Translations under genes and position numbers: made by a program
Source of the DNA: Anaerolineales bacterium
GTDB lineage: Bacteria > Chloroflexota > Anaerolineae > Anaerolineales > E44-bin32
DNA length: 64,000 nt
Direction: 5' to 3'
Assembly: GCA_034430695.1 (NCBI GenBank)
Contig: DAOUEE010000198.1
Location: 739 to 64,738 of the forward strand
Part shown: positions 58,678-64,000 of the stretch, in pieces
How positions within the stretch are numbered: the first letter of the stretch is position 1
Layout of the letters: every line of letters begins with the position of its first letter
Notes under the pieces: model-generated
Database searches by the model: none
The model's input: the letters and a program-made list of their open reading frames with translations, nothing else
Told to the model about the DNA's origin: nothing

Positions 58678-58821
58678 GTTGCTCCCGGGTTACCTGTATT
58701 TACGAAATTGTATTATTGGCACTCGGCCAAAACTCGAATCATTTGATCTTGCGGTTTGATCCCGCCCTCTCGTCTCTTGATACTGTTCCCACGAGTGCCT
58801 CTCGGTTATACTACCTTCTCG

Positions 58822-58863
58822 ATGATCATCCTTGAAACCACCTGCGGCAATATCGTCCGATGA
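58822..58863 (+). CDS. Candidate 13-codon leaderless uORF (MIILETTCGNIVR) coupled to lepA
   Basis: ATG 9 nt after TATACT (58807-58812); its TGA overlaps the lepA ATG (ATGA). Confidence 0.35.
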   Translation: MIILETTCGNIVR

Positions 58864-60662
58864 ATACGGAAAATATCCGTAACTTCTGCATCATCGCCCA
58901 TATCGATCACGGGAAATCCACTCTTGCCGATCGACTGCTGCAGCTTACCCACACCATTCCCGATCGAGAGATGACGGATCAAGTCCTGGACAGTATGGAT
59001 TTGGAACGCGAAAAGGGCGTAACGATCAAAGCATCCGCCGTACGCATGGAATATGAAGCGCCGGATGGAAATTCGTACACACTCAACCTGATCGACACAC
59101 CCGGGCACGTGGACTTCGGTTACGAAGTCAGCCGTGCCATGGCTGCGTGTGAAGGCGCGATCCTGGTCGTGGATGCCAGCCAGGGGATCGAGGCGCAAAC
59201 CCTGGCCAATTTGTATCTGGCGCTCGATTCGAATCTCGAAATCATCCCGGTGATCAACAAAATTGATTTACAGGCAGCGCGTCCGGAAGAGATCGCGGAT
59301 GAAATTCACGCCTTGCTCGGTGCACCGAAGGAAGATATTTTACACATTTCGGCCAAACAAGGTGAAAACATCCATGCAGTCATCGATGCGGTGATCACCA
59401 AAATACCCGCCCCGTCGTCGGAACAAGATCGAGCGTTGCGGGCGCTCATCTTCGATTCGCACTACGATCCCTACAAGGGAGTCGTCGCCTACATTCGCGT
59501 CGTCGACGGATCATTGAACGTGGAAGATGAAATTCGCCTGATGGCCTCGGGCACCAATCTCACGCCGATGGAAGTGGGCATTTTTACACCCAATATGACA
59601 CAAACCTCGTCCCTCGCTGTGGGTCAGGTCGGGTACGTCGCAACGGGACTGAAATCGCTGCGTGAATGCCGCGTGGGTGATACGATGACCCTGGCGCAGA
59701 ATCCCGCAAAGGAATCCCTGCCCGGCTATCGTTTGCCGAAACCGATGGTCTTCGCCGGTTTCTATCCCAGTGAAGGGGAGGAATATCACAATCTCAAGCA
59801 AGCGATCGAAAAGCTGCAGCTCAATGATGCCGCATTGGTGTTCGAGCCCGAGACTTCGCAGGCTCTGAATTTCGGTTTTCGCTGCGGCTTTCTGGGTCTG
59901 TTTCATATGGACATCGTGCAGGAGCGCCTGGAACGCGAACATGATGTCAGCATGATCGCGACGGCTCCATCGGTCGAGTATGAAGTCCTGCTGCGGGATG
60001 GTGACGTACTGCGCGTGGCTTCTCCTGCCGAGCTGCCGGAGAGCGGTGAAATCGCTGAAATCCGCGAACCATGGATGCGCATGCAGGTGTTTTCACCGGA
60101 ACGCTACTATGGTGCCGTATCCGAACTGGTCGCGGCACGCCGCGGCGAATTCGTCGAGCAAGAGTTTCCCACGGCCGATCGGATCGTTCTGCACTTCAAT
60201 CTTCCCTTGGCCGAAATGATCGTAGATTTTTTCGATGTACTGAAATCCCGTACGCAGGGATACGCCTCATTGGACTATCAATTCCTCGGGTATCGGGCAG
60301 GGGATCTGGTCAAGCTGGAAATCCTGATCAACAACGAACCCGTGGATGCGCTGGCTTTGATCGCACATCGAAGCACGGCGTATGCCAAGGGGAAAGCATT
60401 GGTTGCCAGATTGCAGAAGCTGATTCCCAGGCAGCAGTTCGCCGTACCCATTCAAGCTGCGGCGGGTGGACGTGTGATCGCGCGGACGAACGTCAGTGCG
60501 CTGCGGAAAAACGTTTTGGCGAAATGCTACGGAGGGGATGTCACGCGGAAGAGAAAATTACTCGAAAATCAGAAACGCGGCAAGAAGCGCCTCAAGCGAG
60601 TCGGCAACATCGATATCCCGCAGGACGCCTTCATGGCCGTACTTCGCCTGGGGGACGAATGA
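58860..60662 (+). CDS. lepA: Translation elongation factor 4
   Basis: IRNFCIIAHIDHGKSTLADR, DTPGHVDF, GFRCGFLGLFH, KCYGGDVTRKRKLL. Confidence 0.98.
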   Translation: MNTENIRNFCIIAHIDHGKSTLADRLLQLTHTIPDREMTDQVLDSMDLEREKGVTIKASAVRMEYEAPDGNSYTLNLIDTPGHVDFGYEVSRAMAACEGAILVVDASQGIEAQTLANLYLALDSNLEIIPVINKIDLQAARPEEIADEIHALLGAPKEDILHISAKQGENIHAVIDAVITKIPAPSSEQDRALRALIFDSHYDPYKGVVAYIRVVDGSLNVEDEIRLMASGTNLTPMEVGIFTPNMTQTSSLAVGQVGYVATGLKSLRECRVGDTMTLAQNPAKESLPGYRLPKPMVFAGFYPSEGEEYHNLKQAIEKLQLNDAALVFEPETSQALNFGFRCGFLGLFHMDIVQERLEREHDVSMIATAPSVEYEVLLRDGDVLRVASPAELPESGEIAEIREPWMRMQVFSPERYYGAVSELVAARRGEFVEQEFPTADRIVLHFNLPLAEMIVDFFDVLKSRTQGYASLDYQFLGYRAGDLVKLEILINNEPVDALALIAHRSTAYAKGKALVARLQKLIPRQQFAVPIQAAAGGRVIARTNVSALRKNVLAKCYGGDVTRKRKLLENQKRGKKRLKRVGNIDIPQDAFMAVLRLGDE

Positions 60663-60714
60663 GTGCTTCGTCTCGAAGGACAGTAGACGATATTTCGAAA
60701 CAAGTGGTGTCCGG

Positions 60715-61722
60715 ATGAGAAAACGATCTACCCGGACATACGTTGGTTTGTTCATCGGTCTGGGCATCAGTGCGGCTGCATTGCTGCTTGCCTTCCGGTG
60801 GGCCGGCTTTGAGGCGTTGGAAGACGCGCTGAGGGCCGTCCGATTGCCATTCTTGTACCTGGCGTTGGCGACCTTCTTACTATCGATGTTTGTCCGCGTC
60901 GCTGCCTGGCGCGTTCTCCTGCAGCAGCCCGTTCCACTGTGGCGTGTGTTTGCTGTGTTGAATCAGGGATATCTGATCAACAACGTTCTTCCCTGGCGCT
61001 TGGGTGAATTCGGGCGGGCCATCCTGCTTGGACGAAGACCCACGATGACCGCTCAAGGGGTTCTCGCCTCGATATTCGTTGAAAGACTCTACGACATCAT
61101 CATAGCGCTCGGTTTCTTTGCCGCGCTGATCCCCTTTGCCGTTGGAATTCCGGGCGTTTCACGCAGTGCATTTTTTGCGATCGGCGTGATTGTTTTCGCG
61201 GCGCTCGGGTTGTTCATGCTTCTTCGTTATCCCAACATCGTTTTACGGTTGATCGATTTCCTCCCGGGGGGAAGAAAACGATGGGGCGTTCACTTCGATC
61301 GCTTCCGGGAAGGTTTGACGACGCTGCACAGCCCGCGAATCATTCTCGTGAGTCTGGGTTTACTCTTGATCAGTTGGTTTCTGGCAGGATTGCAGTATTG
61401 GCTCGTTCTGATCTCGATCGTTCCGCAGGGGCAGATTCTCTGGGCCTATTTCATGCTTACCATTACAATGCTGGGCGTCGCGATTCCCTCATCGCCGGGC
61501 TACATCGGTGTGTTCGAGGCGGCGGGTGTTTTGGCACTCTCGGCTTTTCATGTGCCCGAAGGCCAGGCGCTTGCAGTTACTTTGATCCTGCATGCAATGG
61601 TTTACGTGATCTCTTCTGCGATTGGTGCGCTTGCTTTCATCGGCGAGGGCGATACGATATGGCAAATCCTGCTTCAAGCACGTGAGCGTTTTCTACTCCA
61701 GGCGAAGAAACCGGTGGAATGA
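60715..61722 (+). CDS. Lysylphosphatidylglycerol synthase TM-domain / flippase-like protein (UPF0104)
   Basis: INNVLPWRLGEFGR, ERLYD, IPSSPGYIGVFE; hydrophobic. Confidence 0.85.
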   Translation: MRKRSTRTYVGLFIGLGISAAALLLAFRWAGFEALEDALRAVRLPFLYLALATFLLSMFVRVAAWRVLLQQPVPLWRVFAVLNQGYLINNVLPWRLGEFGRAILLGRRPTMTAQGVLASIFVERLYDIIIALGFFAALIPFAVGIPGVSRSAFFAIGVIVFAALGLFMLLRYPNIVLRLIDFLPGGRKRWGVHFDRFREGLTTLHSPRIILVSLGLLLISWFLAGLQYWLVLISIVPQGQILWAYFMLTITMLGVAIPSSPGYIGVFEAAGVLALSAFHVPEGQALAVTLILHAMVYVISSAIGALAFIGEGDTIWQILLQARERFLLQAKKPVE

Positions 61723-62886
61723 ATGCGTATCCTCACCAGTCTGTATTACTATCGTCCCCATTTCTCCGGTCTGACCGTCTATACGGAAAGATTGGCCCGA
61801 TCGCTGGCCGCCAGAGGACACGACGTGACGATTCTGACTTCGCGTTACGATCGCGATCTGGCCTCTCTTGAATCGATGAACGGGGTGCAGGTTCGGCGGA
61901 TCAACGTCGCTTTGACGGTCAGCAAAGGGCCGCTGATGCCAACCATCCCATACTGGGCAATGCGGTTGATCCCCAAACATGACGTCGTTCACCTGCACGT
62001 GCCACAACTGGACGCTGCATTTTTCGCCAGCATGGCCAAACTTTTTCGGAAACCAATCGTGCTTACCTATCATTGCGATTTGAATTTACCGCCGTCGCCG
62101 GTCAACTGGCTCGCCAGCCAGGCTTCGCACTTCGCCAATACGATCTCGGCAACACTGTCGGACGTCGTGGTTACGAACACGCGGGATTACGCGGAAGAAT
62201 CGCCATTCCTGCAGCCCTTCCTGGGAAAACTGCAAGTCATCCCGCCGCCGATCGAAGTATCGCGGGTGGATGCGAATATCGTGAAGGAATTGAGATCACG
62301 CTGGAAAATCGAGGACGGCCAGCAGATCATCGGTATGGCCGCGAGATTGGCTACGGAAAAAGGGGCTCAGGTACTGGCGCGAGCGCTCCCGCAGGTCTTG
62401 AGGCGCTGGCCGGAGGCGCGTGTGATTTACGCAGGTCAATATCAAAATGTGATCGGCGAGGAAGCGTATGCACGCCGGCTGCAGCCCTTAATGGACGAAC
62501 TGGGAGGACACTGGCTGTTCGCCGGCTCGCTCTCGCAGGACGAACTGGCGGCCTTCTTTTCACTGTGTGATTTAACGGTGCTGCCGAGCCTGAATTCCAC
62601 GGAGAGTTTTGGGATGGTTCAGGTCGAGTCGATGTTTCTGGGTACGCCGGTGATCGCCAGTGATTTGCCGGGAATACGGCAGCCCGTGCAGCAGACCGGA
62701 ATGGGCCAGGTATTTCCACCGGGTGATTCCAGAGCGCTGGCAGACGCCATCGTGGACATGCTTTCCTCGCCCGGGAAATATATCTGCGAATCCGCCGTAT
62801 TGACTCAACGTTTTGGTTCCGCGCACGTCGCAGAAGAGTACGAAGTGCTCTTTCGCCGGCTGCTTTCAGGTGACAAGGATTCGTAG
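61723..62886 (+). CDS. GT4 glycosyltransferase
   Basis: YYRPHFSGL, TYHCD, ARLATEKG, ESFGMVQVE, SDLPG. Confidence 0.92.
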   Translation: MRILTSLYYYRPHFSGLTVYTERLARSLAARGHDVTILTSRYDRDLASLESMNGVQVRRINVALTVSKGPLMPTIPYWAMRLIPKHDVVHLHVPQLDAAFFASMAKLFRKPIVLTYHCDLNLPPSPVNWLASQASHFANTISATLSDVVVTNTRDYAEESPFLQPFLGKLQVIPPPIEVSRVDANIVKELRSRWKIEDGQQIIGMAARLATEKGAQVLARALPQVLRRWPEARVIYAGQYQNVIGEEAYARRLQPLMDELGGHWLFAGSLSQDELAAFFSLCDLTVLPSLNSTESFGMVQVESMFLGTPVIASDLPGIRQPVQQTGMGQVFPPGDSRALADAIVDMLSSPGKYICESAVLTQRFGSAHVAEEYEVLFRRLLSGDKDS

Positions 62887-62891
62887 AGCGG

Positions 62892-63674
62892 ATGGAAAAA
62901 GATTTCCTCGGCGAGCATTTACGCGAGCTGCCTTATTTTCGCTCGATCCTGCGAGCGGTTGAAGCCGAACTTCTCCAGAGTGTCGAACTTTCTCACCCGA
63001 TTCTCGACGTGGGCTGCGGCGACGGTCATTTTGCATCCGTCGCTATGGATCAAGCCATCGATTGGGGTATCGATCTTCATTTGCCTTCGATCCGAGAGGC
63101 GCAATCTCGCGGGGCTTATCGTGCGATAACCCAGGCCAATGGAAGCCGGATGCCTTTCCCGGATGAGACATTTGCCAGCGCCCTGAGCAATTCCGTTCTG
63201 GAGCATATGCCGGATCTGGAGTCCGTCCTCGCAGAGACATCCCGGGTTCTGCGGCCTGGCGCCTTGTTCGTGTTCACGGTTCCAAATCCGGGCTATCGAG
63301 ATCGACTCAGCTTCCCCCAATTTCTTCGGCGGCTGCGCCTTGGCAGTTTGGGAGATGCATATGAACGATATTTCATGTGGATGTCACGGACTTACAATCT
63401 ATTTAATGAGCAGCAGTGGGATGAACTGCTTTCTCGCACGGGATTTGAAATCGAGCAGACTTTTCGATACTTTCCCCCTTCTTCCCTACATGCATTAGAA
63501 TGGGGACATTATTTTGGTGCACCGTGTTTGATCCCACGCTGGTTGGTCGGGAAATGGATTCTCGTGCCGCAGCGATGGAATCTGAAATGGACGGATCGCA
63601 TCGTTCGACGCTACGCTGATGCGAGTCCCAGCGAAGACGGTACGTATAGTTTCTATAAAGTGCGTAAACGATGA
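62892..63674 (+). CDS. Class I SAM-dependent methyltransferase
   Basis: ILDVGCGDG, MPFPDETF, SVLEH, RVLRPG. Confidence 0.88.
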   Translation: MEKDFLGEHLRELPYFRSILRAVEAELLQSVELSHPILDVGCGDGHFASVAMDQAIDWGIDLHLPSIREAQSRGAYRAITQANGSRMPFPDETFASALSNSVLEHMPDLESVLAETSRVLRPGALFVFTVPNPGYRDRLSFPQFLRRLRLGSLGDAYERYFMWMSRTYNLFNEQQWDELLSRTGFEIEQTFRYFPPSSLHALEWGHYFGAPCLIPRWLVGKWILVPQRWNLKWTDRIVRRYADASPSEDGTYSFYKVRKR

Positions 63675-64000
63675 TGGAAGAGAAACGAAGTAATCCTTTG
63701 AAGCGCGAAGATTCTGCCGGTCAAACGCAAGAACCAACGGTCCTCGATTGGGTGAAGTCCATCCTGCATTTTAGCCCCATTCCGATACCGGAAAAGCTGC
63801 CCAGCGCGGATAAGAAGGCGACGACACCTGCCCGCCGGCCACCTAGATCGCTGCAGGAAGCAGCTTCCAGATCGGCGGAACTGCCAGCGTGGTCCCAATT
63901 GCGATTTCCTCTGGCTTTGATCCTCGCCGTCATCGCCCAATTCACGATCGAATCCATTAAGACCAGTCCCGACTGCTGTTCCACCAGGCATTATGCCCTC
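63671..64000 (+). CDS. Membrane protein, 3'-truncated (possibly a GT-C/ArnT-like glycosyltransferase); absent from the ORF track
   Basis: ATGA overlap with the methyltransferase stop; the frame is open to the window end (MMEEKRSNP...PTVLDWVKS...RFPLALILAVIAQF). Confidence 0.6.
   Translation, partial: MMEEKRSNPLKREDSAGQTQEPTVLDWVKSILHFSPIPIPEKLPSADKKATTPARRPPRSLQEAASRSAELPAWSQLRFPLALILAVIAQFTIESIKTSPDCCSTRHYAL

Noticed and set aside
58718-58799. tRNA gene
   Set aside because: Length and terminal stem are tRNA-like, but there is no D or anticodon arm and the T-loop-like hairpin is misplaced.

Overview
A ~57% GC chromosomal segment. Gene content (monoderm-type Tad cluster without secretin, mevalonate kinase plus isopentenyl-phosphate kinase, T-box, many Thr/Pro-linker lipoproteins) points to Chloroflexota, probably Anaerolineae; this is an inference. 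It is mostly housekeeping: hpf, folC, lon, mfd, pth, rplY, trmI, mgtE, ctpA, mutL, valS with a Val T-box, mvk/ipk/ubiA, tlyA, lepA and a glycosylation cluster. I saw no IS, prophage, CRISPR array, tRNA or rRNA. The most notable items are: (1) a degU-degS / flp-cpaB-cpaE-cpaF-tadB-tadC / comF / hpf locus containing a 48-aa Flp pilin missing from the ORF track, suggesting a DegSU-linked Tad pilus possibly used for DNA uptake; (2) a large sensor kinase whose phospho-acceptor His is replaced by Gln, divergent from a second receiver-CpaE/ParA gene coupled to a sirtuin and a GAF kinase; (3) a LysW-like zinc-ribbon protein with a non-canonical acidic tail ending in EDEY, preceded by three 11-bp-period repeats and an OmpR-family regulator with a degenerate receiver; (4) a ~115-nt rod-shaped candidate RNA behind a near-perfect sigma70 promoter opposite mutL; (5) an AftB-like GT-C enzyme plus a DPPR-synthase-type UbiA co-transcribed with mevalonate genes. 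All family assignments come from motifs read by eye; no database searches or folding programs were run.
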